64,000 nt of DNA. Source: a virus. Below, in pieces: positions 1 to 8,605 of the stretch; position 1 is the stretch's first letter, and each line of letters opens with the position of its first letter. The notes beneath the pieces were generated by a model. That model was not told where the DNA came from and made no database searches. It was given only the letters and a program-made list of their open reading frames with translations. The stretch lies in IMG/VR virus record IMGVR_UViG_3300050821_017570, positions 1-64,000 of that record; one strand, 5' to 3'. Position numbers and translations under genes: made by a program.

Positions 1-113
1 TCATACGTATTCCAGGCACCCTTTACGGCATTCACAGCCTTGGGCTCATACGTATTCCAAGCACCCTTGACCGCATTGACCGCCTTCGGCTCATACGTGT
101 TCCAGGCACCCTT
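1..113. repeat. 45-bp coding tandem repeat, about 2.5 copies visible
   Basis: Units start at 1, 46 and 91 with tcatacgtRttccaRgcaccc; they encode KGAWNTYEPKAVNAV; no unique spacers. Confidence 0.9.
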
Positions 114-212
114 GGCCTTGTCCATCAGCGATGGGGCTGGTGCGGGTACGGCCGGTTGAACCGGGGCCTCGGCTGGTGCGGTAGGATCTGCGGAGGTCTT
201 ACTAATGGACAT
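1..212 (-). CDS. Hypothetical protein, runs off the left window edge; carries a 15-aa tandem repeat
   Basis: Manual translation from ATG at 212: MSISKTSADPTAPAEAPVQPAVPAPAPSLMDKAKGAWNTYEPKAVNAVKGAWNTYEPKAVNAVKGAWNTY; AGAGGG upstream; not in the ORF track because it is truncated. Confidence 0.8.
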   Translation of the reverse strand, partial: MSISKTSADPTAPAEAPVQPAVPAPAPSLMDKAKGAWNTYEPKAVNAVKGAWNTYEPKAVNAVKGAWNTY

Positions 213-242
213 GATGCCCTCTATCCGCTTACCTTACCTCGA

Positions 243-2081
243 CTACTGGGGTTGACCACCCTGCTGGCCTTGACCCAAAACCTGCTGCTGACCCTGGGAG
301 GCCGCCTGTTGGCGCAGCTTGTCCATCTTCGCAGTCACCATGCTGTGGAGGTCCTGGTTAGACTCACGGATCTGGCGAAGCTGTTGCTTACGGTCATAGT
401 CCGGCATCGAGACAAGCTGTTGGGCAATCTGGTCAGCCTGATCGGCCATCGCCTGGATGGTCGTCGGCTGCTGACCACCCGACCCCATACCTGGGATGCC
501 GCCCATCCCGCCGGCCGCCGCTGCGGCGTTTGGCTGCCCAGCCTGCTGTTGCTGGGACAGGAGAGCCTGACTACCAGGAGCCTGGTTAAGCTGTTGGGCC
601 GCACCCATTTCCTGCTCTTCCTGCTGCTGCTCGTTGGCCTTCTCCTGCTCCTTCGCAACCGTCTTCTGGTGCTGGAACACCTTCTTGACCTCTTCCTCGG
701 CGTTGATGCCGATGGCCGCGAGAGCCGTCTGGGGCGAGATCTGATTGGCACTCATGAGCTGCATGAGGATCTGCTTGCGCCCCTCATCGTACGAGACGGT
801 TGTCTTCTGCATGATCGCAGTGGTCTCGTCGATATCGAAGTTACGGGCGCAGACCTTAATCATCCAGGCGAGGATTTGGTTGTAGAGGGCTGGGACGGAC
901 TGCCAGCACGACTCAAACAGCTGAAGCGCCATAGGGGCGGCCTGCACCGATAGTGTCATGCTATGGTATTCGAGCGGGATACCGAGGCTGTTCAGGTATT
1001 CCTGATGACGGAACTTGAGCTTGTCTGGCGGAATCAGGGTCGCACCCTCACCGCCTGCAAACTGGTAGGTCAATGGATAGGGGGCGGTGTGATAGGTCGC
1101 GGGGTCGGCCCGGTGCTGGGCGACGATACGACGAACCGCACGAACAAACCGATCCATACCCTGGGTCTGCACGGGGTCCTGGACCTGACCAGGCGCCGGA
1201 GTCGGTGACAGGATTCGCATACCGAGCGTGTAATCCAAACAGATCGCTTGGTCGGCCCGATTGATCGTCTGCATCAGCCATGCCATGCGGAAATTGCTGA
1301 TACTGCGTGGGACACCCCAACCGCGGGTATCCATGCCGGTGATGATAGGCTCGTCCATGTGAAGGACGCACTCGTCATCGAGTTTCACGTCCCCATCGTA
1401 AGCGACCGCTTCGAGGACCGACATCGGCGTGTCCTCGATATGAATGGGTGCACCACGACGAATATCTTCGCGCACATAGTTCGGGATACGCCAGTAGATC
1501 TCTTTACGCTTCGAGTGACGGTTGAACCCGATATCGATTTCAAACGGGCTGTAACGCTCTAACCGAACCTTCGAGATATCCGGGTCACGACGATCCTTGC
1601 AGATATAGTCGCGTGCATCCTTGCACATCGGGCAACCGCCACCGGTGCGCTTCCAGTGCACGCCTTCGGTATCGAACCCAATACCATAACGGACCCGTCG
1701 AATCGGCTGCTCGTACCCACATTGACGACAAATCAAAAAGCGCTGAAACGGGATGTAGAGCGAAACAATCAGGTTGCCATAGCAGAGGAACTCATCAGCA
1801 CACGACTGTAGTTCTCGCCGGTAATTCAGATGCTTGTTGAACAGATCCTTGAACTGGGACTCTTCGTCTGGCTCAAGATCTGGAAACTGAATCGAGGTGA
1901 TGAAGTGGCTGCCAACCCGCTGGAAAGCTGTCCTAAAGTTACCGTCTGTTAACCAGAGATATTGGGCCCACCACAGGATGAGGGTGTGGGAGGTCGGCAT
2001 CGCCATCGTGGCGTAGTCCAGCCAGGGGAGTTGTGCCTCCCGCATAGCCGGCATGGTCGACCTAAAGCTGTCTAGTCCCAT
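243..2081 (-). CDS. Putative phage portal protein
   Basis: 612 aa; WGVPRSISNFR...DQAICLDYTLGMRILSP segment and Q-rich C-terminus resemble large-phage portals as I recall them; internal CxxC...CPxC; head-region context. Confidence 0.55.
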   Translation of the reverse strand: MGLDSFRSTMPAMREAQLPWLDYATMAMPTSHTLILWWAQYLWLTDGNFRTAFQRVGSHFITSIQFPDLEPDEESQFKDLFNKHLNYRRELQSCADEFLCYGNLIVSLYIPFQRFLICRQCGYEQPIRRVRYGIGFDTEGVHWKRTGGGCPMCKDARDYICKDRRDPDISKVRLERYSPFEIDIGFNRHSKRKEIYWRIPNYVREDIRRGAPIHIEDTPMSVLEAVAYDGDVKLDDECVLHMDEPIITGMDTRGWGVPRSISNFRMAWLMQTINRADQAICLDYTLGMRILSPTPAPGQVQDPVQTQGMDRFVRAVRRIVAQHRADPATYHTAPYPLTYQFAGGEGATLIPPDKLKFRHQEYLNSLGIPLEYHSMTLSVQAAPMALQLFESCWQSVPALYNQILAWMIKVCARNFDIDETTAIMQKTTVSYDEGRKQILMQLMSANQISPQTALAAIGINAEEEVKKVFQHQKTVAKEQEKANEQQQEEQEMGAAQQLNQAPGSQALLSQQQQAGQPNAAAAAGGMGGIPGMGSGGQQPTTIQAMADQADQIAQQLVSMPDYDRKQQLRQIRESNQDLHSMVTAKMDKLRQQAASQGQQQVLGQGQQGGQPQ

Positions 2082-2120
2082 AAGACCTTATTCTGGTTAT
2101 CTGATTAGCTCAGAACAGGC

Positions 2121-3014
2121 CTAACCCGCCTTTACCAGCACGACATGCCGGTACCCAGCGTAATCGTATGCGAGCCCAAACGACACGACCTGATATGACT
2201 TTGGAGTATCGCCCGCAACCGTCACATCCAGTATCTGCTCGACATCGTGTGGTGGTGTAACTACAGCCACCGTACCATCGTTAGGAAAAATCAGTGCCAG
2301 AACGTTATCTTCATCCACGACGTCAAAGCAGAACACTCGCAGCTGCCCAAGGTGTTTGCCCTTGATGGTGACTGGTCGTAGTTTTGGTTTCGCAGTCATC
2401 TTGGGTTCCTCAGGCTGGTAGACCTGGACCGGTGCTGGAGCTGGTGGTGGGACATATGGTCCGACCGTCTGTACCGGCATCGGCTGGACAGCTGGCTGGT
2501 AGGGAGCCGGTGCCTGCGGTGCCGCCTGATAGGGCGATGGCGGTGTCGCCGGTGGTAACTGTAAGGCTGGTAGGACCTGACCCAACATGGCCTGCTGAAG
2601 CATCTGCTGGGCTGCCCGAACGGCTTCTTCCGACACCAGCTGCTGAGCCGTGGGTGCCGGACCACCCACGTGGACTGGGCCTTGCGAAGTGGGCTCCTGA
2701 GCCTGCATGGGACGGGTGACGGTCGTGTTGCGCCCCAGCTTGATCATGCTGGCTGACGTTCCATCGACGAGTGCGATCTCAGGAGCGGAAGGTGGACTAT
2801 TAGGATCGCCACAATTCCGTTGGACCAGAACCGGAGCGCTTTTCTGACCGCGACTCAGATGGGGAATCACACTACCCCGCCCGCCCAGAGCGGTCACGAC
2901 CTGATCCTGCTGAGGATCCATCTTAGCCTTCAGATGGTCTGGTCGGGACGACGCGACTGCGATCGACATGTCGGCCATGCGATGAACGGGTGCTTGGGCG
3001 CCATCGTCAGACAT
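2121..3014 (-). CDS. Hypothetical protein with Pro/Gln/Ala-rich linker and C-terminal beta domain
   Basis: 297-aa ORF tiling between the portal and the methyltransferase. Confidence 0.75.
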   Translation of the reverse strand: MSDDGAQAPVHRMADMSIAVASSRPDHLKAKMDPQQDQVVTALGGRGSVIPHLSRGQKSAPVLVQRNCGDPNSPPSAPEIALVDGTSASMIKLGRNTTVTRPMQAQEPTSQGPVHVGGPAPTAQQLVSEEAVRAAQQMLQQAMLGQVLPALQLPPATPPSPYQAAPQAPAPYQPAVQPMPVQTVGPYVPPPAPAPVQVYQPEEPKMTAKPKLRPVTIKGKHLGQLRVFCFDVVDEDNVLALIFPNDGTVAVVTPPHDVEQILDVTVAGDTPKSYQVVSFGLAYDYAGYRHVVLVKAG

Positions 3015-3054
3015 AGTAACTCCGGCTGCTACTGTAGCGGGCCATTCCGATAGA

Positions 3055-3849
3055 TCAATCGCCCGTGGAACCTAATACGGTTTCGTGCTGAAGGATACGT
3101 CGGTAGCTCGCGCGTGCCTTACCAGCGGGTTCGGACTCAATCGCTTCGTAGGGTTCAAACGCATCCAACACGTCATCTGGTACGGATGAGTTGGTTAGTA
3201 TGAGGTTACGAGGCGACGTTTGCGGTAGATGGTCTTGGCAATCCCAGACTCGGGTCAGGTCCGCACCAGCGCGCCGAACGGTCGATTTGACGTTAAGAAA
3301 CTCATACGATTTACGCCGCCCAATATAGTTGAGCCAAACCACATCACACAGTCGGACCAATTGGCTCAACTCCTCCCGCTCCACCGACCAGGCTTCACGC
3401 CCCTGGTAGGCGTCTCCGAACCCGACATCCCAATGGGATTCGGCGGTCTCAGATTCGGTCAGATAGTCGCTACTCGATTTACAGACAATACGTAGACGAC
3501 CTTCGTCTTCAAACTTCCCCACGAGGTGAAAGTGCTTTCGGCACATATCGATCACCACCGGGTCGATCTCCACCACCGTAAGATCAAATCCGGGAAAACA
3601 GCTCAGCAGGGCGATCGGGCCTGCACCTGACCCCAATCCGAGCATGACACCAGAACCGTTAGGCTTATCGGCCCCAGCCATCAGCCAGCCATTCATGTAG
3701 AGGGATTCCGCTACCGGGCCTGGCTTACCGGTCTGGTCGAGAAACGACCCACCCTGAACCTGATGGTCGATAGCGAGACATCTGGCTTCCGGTTTATCAA
3801 ACACCCAGACTGAGCCAAACATCCCTGGTCGGGATTCCAATAGCTTCAC
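3055..3849 (-). CDS. Spermidine synthase-like / class I SAM-dependent methyltransferase
   Basis: Gly-rich motif VMLGLGSGAG, acidic VVEIDPVVI, WDVGFGDAY. Confidence 0.7.
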   Translation of the reverse strand: MKLLESRPGMFGSVWVFDKPEARCLAIDHQVQGGSFLDQTGKPGPVAESLYMNGWLMAGADKPNGSGVMLGLGSGAGPIALLSCFPGFDLTVVEIDPVVIDMCRKHFHLVGKFEDEGRLRIVCKSSSDYLTESETAESHWDVGFGDAYQGREAWSVEREELSQLVRLCDVVWLNYIGRRKSYEFLNVKSTVRRAGADLTRVWDCQDHLPQTSPRNLILTNSSVPDDVLDAFEPYEAIESEPAGKARASYRRILQHETVLGSTGD

Positions 3850-6800
3850 TTGGTTGGTTTCTTGTGGTAGTGCTTGTACAGAAGGTATCCAAGTAACCCT
3901 ACTGCGCCAGCCCCCAATACGGCCCCACCACCGATCAGATTGTTACGTATGTGCTGGCCGGTCTGGATAGCCGTATTGTAGAGACCCGCACTGGTGTTCT
4001 GCGCGTTAAGCCCCACGACTGAATTCATCAGCTGTGACTGCCCATACGTGGTGGGGTTATGCTTGGAAAGCCACGGATCCAAATGTTTCAGCACATTGGT
4101 CTGCTGGTCTGGTGACCATGTGTGGTAGTCGCCCCTCAGCCCCTCAGATGCACCTACAGCTTCTGCCGCGCCACGCAATTGCGTGATAAATCGGTCAGGA
4201 TTGAAGTGACTGACATTCTCAGGTTTCACTCCAGCGGCCTGTAGATTTGCCAGCATTTTTGCGAACGTTTTTACGTTCTTACCCAACAGGTCAGGATTCG
4301 AGTCACTACCAGTGTAGCCGGGCTGAGCGTTAAACGCCACCATATCAGGATGGATCACATCATCTGCACCAAACTGAGCCGATGCTCCGGGTTTGGTCTT
4401 TATGGCTGTGAAGATCTGGGTTCGTGGATAGTCGACATTTGGGTCACCACTCGGATAGGCGTACTCTTTCATGCGCTGGAGGTAGCCAGCGAGCGGTCCA
4501 TTAGCGAATTCATGGTAATGCTGAGCCGAACCCGCATTCCAACGAGCCTGTGGCGGAACACCTGGAATCTCTCGAATCCAGTGCATGGCCTTCTCCATCG
4601 GAACACCCAACGGGTGAATCCGCATGGCCTTGCTGCCCTCAATAGCATAACCCTTGGCCGGTTCATCCAAGCCCACCTCGCCAGTATTCCACTTTCTGGC
4701 TTGCTCGGAAAACTCATTCAGCACCGCATTATCTTTCGGTGTTAGAAATACTTCACCTGCACCGACGGCCCCAAGTCCGGTCAGCCCGAGTGCTCCAGCC
4801 CCCATAAGGGCTCGACGCTCACCTTTATCCCACGTATTTTTCTTTTTCGCAGGCGCACCCATTTGGGCCGCGACCTTGACAAGCGAACTGATTTTCGGCA
4901 TACCCAACGGCTCGGTCGTAGGTTGAACTGGTTGCGCCGCCACTGATACGACCGGTTGCGCCTTACGCTTGCGCTTGAGATAGTTGAGGATCACACGGGC
5001 CCGGGCGCGATCGAGATCTCGATAGCCAGCGTTCTGTTTCAGCCCCATCGATCCATACATGTTCTTGAGCACTTCCTCAGGAGGTGCCCAAACCCCGCCC
5101 TCAAATAGCGGAGCTGCCGCTGGATCCACGTCACCCACATTGAGTGTGACGTCATACCCGTGGACGCCTGGTTCGTCCGCCCCATTGGGTGGAAGATACC
5201 GAAGGGTCGGTTCATACGGAGCCTTGGCTCCGACCCCACTGGTGGGAAACCGATACCGACGATTCTGATCGGGTGCCACGTAGACCCTATTCTCAGGGTC
5301 AAACATCACGTACTCAGACCGCGGCGCCGTGGTGACACGATCAGCTTGTTTGGTCTGACCGGGCAGGCCAAGCATCTGTTGGACCGTTTCAACCGTATGG
5401 GCTGGGTCGCTGAAGAAGTGCTGGGCCTCACAGAACGGGATACCGGCAGCATCGGCCGCCCCACCATCATGATCCAGGTTGTCACCCACCATGACGCATT
5501 TGGCCGGATCGAGTCCAAACCGCTTCATCACATGGACAATCATGGTTGGGGCAGGCTTCAGAACATCCGGATGTGGTGCCGGAGTATAGCAGATGTCGTC
5601 GAGTGTTCCGCCCATCAGACCAATCGTCTCACGTTGCAGGTCACCCAACAGGTCTGGCGTCAGACTCGAATGATCGTCTCGATCACCACGGCAGGTGTGG
5701 TTGGTCACCCCGATGATCCGACAGCCCATCTGCTTGAGCGGATCGAGCGTTTCGATCCTATTCGGCATGATGAACTGATCGCCGAGCGTGTCGTACCGGC
5801 CGTTGCGCCACTGCCGTACCGTTGAATCCATATCCAACAGGATAGCCGGAAAGTCACCCTGATCGTCTGGCTCTTCGGCCGGCTTCATAGCCAGCATAGG
5901 GCAAGCTTCTTCAGCTGGAGAACCGGCCGGGTCACCATCGTCGACGGCCGTCTTGGCTAACTGCGGATTGTTGCCACCATGAGCGTTTGGTGACGGCACC
6001 TGTGGTGCATGTTCATACCCGTGGAGGGCCGCCTCGTGATCGACCGGCGTTACAGCGGTTTGACGTTTTTCTGGTTTGACCGTCTTGGCGATATCGCCGG
6101 GCTGGACCTCATCACCGGCACCGGAATTGTCGCCGGCTTTGGGGTTTTCACCGTCCTGGATTGGTCCAGTTGCGGGTCCTTTGAGGGACGAGATGACACC
6201 GGCCCAATGGGTCGCGGCAAGCTTTTCGCCCGCGAGGGCCAGTTTGACCGCTGTGGTGAATCCATTGTTGGCTGCTTTCTCTGCTTCCTCAATCGCCTGA
6301 AGACGTGTCTGGTTAGGCTTCTCGGCCCACTTGTTGTCTTGGTCGCTCATACAGCCACGTAGAAAGCTCTTGGCTTCCTTGAACGGAATGGTCGCGAACG
6401 GCTCGTTATCCGCATGCTCGGTACCGAGAGAACCGCCATCTAGAGCCAGGAAGAAGTAGGTACGCTCACCATCAAACCCATCGACCAGCTTCTTATCTTC
6501 TGGCCATATCGCTTCCACCACACCCATCGGTTTGATATGGAGGAGCTTACGATCGGCCTCTTCGATAGATTCACGGTATGCGGCAAACTCAGGCTCTTCG
6601 CCATCATCGATCCCACCGCCGGGCATCAATAGGTAGCCGGGCTTCCGAAACCCGATGATCCCGTCCTTACTGTATATCACTACTTCGGAACGACTGCGGA
6701 GGTGCGGGTGGTCGCTGTTGGACTGGTCGGAATCTGGGGTCTCGTCGGTGTCCTGCTCGGCGGCCTTTACGACCCCGTGCCTGCCGCCCGAGTAGCGGGT

Positions 6801-8033
6801 CGGCACTCCGGCCAGCCCTCTGGTGAGAATCCGGTTGGAGGCCTTGCGGGGGTTGCCACCGGTTGGTTGAGGGTTTCGTGGTGCGTTGGTTTCTGGCCAC
6901 CCAACCGGCTCCTCAGTTTTGTTAGCGGATGTCTTCATCTGGTGGTTAGCGTGCTGTCTCAGCTTACCTTCGAACGCGTTAGCGGCATCATGGGCGTCGT
7001 CGTAACTAACCCCACTTCTCATGAGTCCGCGTTCAGTTAGCTCGTGCGAGAGAATGAAGGCTCGATCCAGCTCCGGCACCTCTGTGTCGATCCAGATCTC
7101 ATTCTCGGGGATCCAGTCGTAGACCAGGTGGTGACCGCCACCGATGTAATCGGTATGGCCATCGTTACGGACCTGTACCCCATCGACCAACCGGACGTCA
7201 GTACCGTCGGGTAGTGTGACCCAGGGGGTCGTCGTGATACTTGCCGTCTTCTGCACCCACGCCCGTTTAGCCAACTGCTGCTTCAGTCGGTTACGATACT
7301 GGTTCCGATACAGGAGGGCACTCAGGACACCGATCGCACCCCCAACCCCTAGGCCAATGAGCCCCATCTTGCCGCCTGAACGCAGCTGGGATGGACTCAT
7401 CTGGATACCCAGCTGGTTGGTTGGCAGGGGAGCTTCACCTGTGACGTGCGGGGCGTTCATCACGCCAGTGAGCGAACCTGTCGTCCCACCCAGAAGGGCT
7501 CCCAGCTCACCCCAGCGGACCGGCGTGTCTTTCACCTGCTCGTACTGTTGGGCTGCCTGCTGAGTCTCTGGATCTGCAAGACGCCGTTGGATCCCTGCGG
7601 GTGCGGCGCGCAGGATACGTTTCGCACGCATCAATCGTTTGGGGTCCAGCACCGTGTCGGCCAGCTCTAGTGATGCACCTGTACCCAGCCCGATACCACC
7701 ACCGATCGCTAGCCCTTTGAGAGCAGACCCTTCGGCTGCCCGAGGATCATTCCCAGCCGCATGCCCAAGTAGCCCAGCCTTTGCACCGATACCAAACCCA
7801 CCCACCGCGGCACTCGGGAGGGCTCGCTGAAGCACACGCTCCCAAAGTGGGTGCTGTCGACGATCCTCAACCTGCTTGACCGTCTCTAACGCATCAGCAA
7901 CCGATGAGACCTGCTCGGGTGTCGGTTGGGCAGGTGTGGTTACCGGCGAAGGGGTCGATGACGGCAACACATCACCAATGCGCTGAAGCGCACTCGTGAT
8001 GGGTGTGATGTGATGAGTGAGCGATTCACTCAT
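3846..8033 (-). CDS. Large multidomain protein: glycine-zipper membrane segments, HE-motif metal-binding domain, Nudix hydrolase, HAD-IIIA phosphatase
   Basis: Nudix box GGGIDDGEEPEFAAYRESIEEA; HAD motifs LLDMDST, KPAPTM, VMVGDNLDHD; ILSHELTER...DAHDAAN; GxxxG-rich hydrophobic helices near both ends. Confidence 0.85.
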   Translation of the reverse strand: MSESLTHHITPITSALQRIGDVLPSSTPSPVTTPAQPTPEQVSSVADALETVKQVEDRRQHPLWERVLQRALPSAAVGGFGIGAKAGLLGHAAGNDPRAAEGSALKGLAIGGGIGLGTGASLELADTVLDPKRLMRAKRILRAAPAGIQRRLADPETQQAAQQYEQVKDTPVRWGELGALLGGTTGSLTGVMNAPHVTGEAPLPTNQLGIQMSPSQLRSGGKMGLIGLGVGGAIGVLSALLYRNQYRNRLKQQLAKRAWVQKTASITTTPWVTLPDGTDVRLVDGVQVRNDGHTDYIGGGHHLVYDWIPENEIWIDTEVPELDRAFILSHELTERGLMRSGVSYDDAHDAANAFEGKLRQHANHQMKTSANKTEEPVGWPETNAPRNPQPTGGNPRKASNRILTRGLAGVPTRYSGGRHGVVKAAEQDTDETPDSDQSNSDHPHLRSRSEVVIYSKDGIIGFRKPGYLLMPGGGIDDGEEPEFAAYRESIEEADRKLLHIKPMGVVEAIWPEDKKLVDGFDGERTYFFLALDGGSLGTEHADNEPFATIPFKEAKSFLRGCMSDQDNKWAEKPNQTRLQAIEEAEKAANNGFTTAVKLALAGEKLAATHWAGVISSLKGPATGPIQDGENPKAGDNSGAGDEVQPGDIAKTVKPEKRQTAVTPVDHEAALHGYEHAPQVPSPNAHGGNNPQLAKTAVDDGDPAGSPAEEACPMLAMKPAEEPDDQGDFPAILLDMDSTVRQWRNGRYDTLGDQFIMPNRIETLDPLKQMGCRIIGVTNHTCRGDRDDHSSLTPDLLGDLQRETIGLMGGTLDDICYTPAPHPDVLKPAPTMIVHVMKRFGLDPAKCVMVGDNLDHDGGAADAAGIPFCEAQHFFSDPAHTVETVQQMLGLPGQTKQADRVTTAPRSEYVMFDPENRVYVAPDQNRRYRFPTSGVGAKAPYEPTLRYLPPNGADEPGVHGYDVTLNVGDVDPAAAPLFEGGVWAPPEEVLKNMYGSMGLKQNAGYRDLDRARARVILNYLKRKRKAQPVVSVAAQPVQPTTEPLGMPKISSLVKVAAQMGAPAKKKNTWDKGERRALMGAGALGLTGLGAVGAGEVFLTPKDNAVLNEFSEQARKWNTGEVGLDEPAKGYAIEGSKAMRIHPLGVPMEKAMHWIREIPGVPPQARWNAGSAQHYHEFANGPLAGYLQRMKEYAYPSGDPNVDYPRTQIFTAIKTKPGASAQFGADDVIHPDMVAFNAQPGYTGSDSNPDLLGKNVKTFAKMLANLQAAGVKPENVSHFNPDRFITQLRGAAEAVGASEGLRGDYHTWSPDQQTNVLKHLDPWLSKHNPTTYGQSQLMNSVVGLNAQNTSAGLYNTAIQTGQHIRNNLIGGGAVLGAGAVGLLGYLLYKHYHKKPTK

Positions 8034-8036
8034 CGG

Positions 8037-8534
8037 TTAGACCAGTCCGTGGAGCCGTCCCCACAGCTTGGCGAGTCGGACATCCAACATCGCATTGGCG
8101 CTCATTTTGTTCATCCGATGCGCGATCTGCTGTTCCGCGAGGTTTATAGCCCCAGGCGTTTCCTGCGCAAGCTGTTGAGCTTTCTGAGCCGTCAGTGCCA
8201 TGGTGGTACCCTTGGGCGGTGCAGCCGCATTGACGGGTGCCGGTGCCTGAGGGGCTGGCTTCTGAGGAGCCGCCGGTTGAGGTGCAGCTTTGGCAGGTGC
8301 CGCAGGGGTCGCTACCAGCTTTGGTACCGGCGGTGCCCCAGGGATCATCTGCTGCTGCTGTACCTGCACGGCCAGCTTGGCGAGCGCGGCCTGGACCTTT
8401 GGGCCTAACTCTTCAGCCTTCTTGACGTGCTCTGGAAGCTTTTTGCCCTTAGGCGTGTGGGCGGCCCAACGCTTCGCCATAGCTGGTTCGTTTGCGAACA
8501 TCCAGCCACGTTGAGCTTTACTTTTAAACGGCAT
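8037..8534 (-). CDS. Hypothetical protein with MPFKSKAQRxWMFAN N-terminal motif
   Basis: 165 aa; I recall this N-terminal motif from uncharacterised phage proteins; Pro/Ala-rich linker. Confidence 0.75.
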   Translation of the reverse strand: MPFKSKAQRGWMFANEPAMAKRWAAHTPKGKKLPEHVKKAEELGPKVQAALAKLAVQVQQQQMIPGAPPVPKLVATPAAPAKAAPQPAAPQKPAPQAPAPVNAAAPPKGTTMALTAQKAQQLAQETPGAINLAEQQIAHRMNKMSANAMLDVRLAKLWGRLHGLV

Positions 8535-8605
8535 ACCTAATAGTTCCTTCAGCGCTCACTACCGATTCTCCCAACCAGCGGAGGCCCAACAAGCCTCTTA
8601 CCCGA

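Noticed and set aside
1-113. 45-bp direct repeats as a CRISPR array
   Set aside because: Units are contiguous with no unique spacers, stay in frame and vary only at synonymous positions; it is a coding repeat
156-953. Long plus-strand ORFs in the track (e.g. 156..953, 29842..30705, 31417..32223, 37086..37769)
   Set aside because: They lie antisense to well-supported minus-strand genes and have shadow-frame composition, as expected in GC-rich DNA
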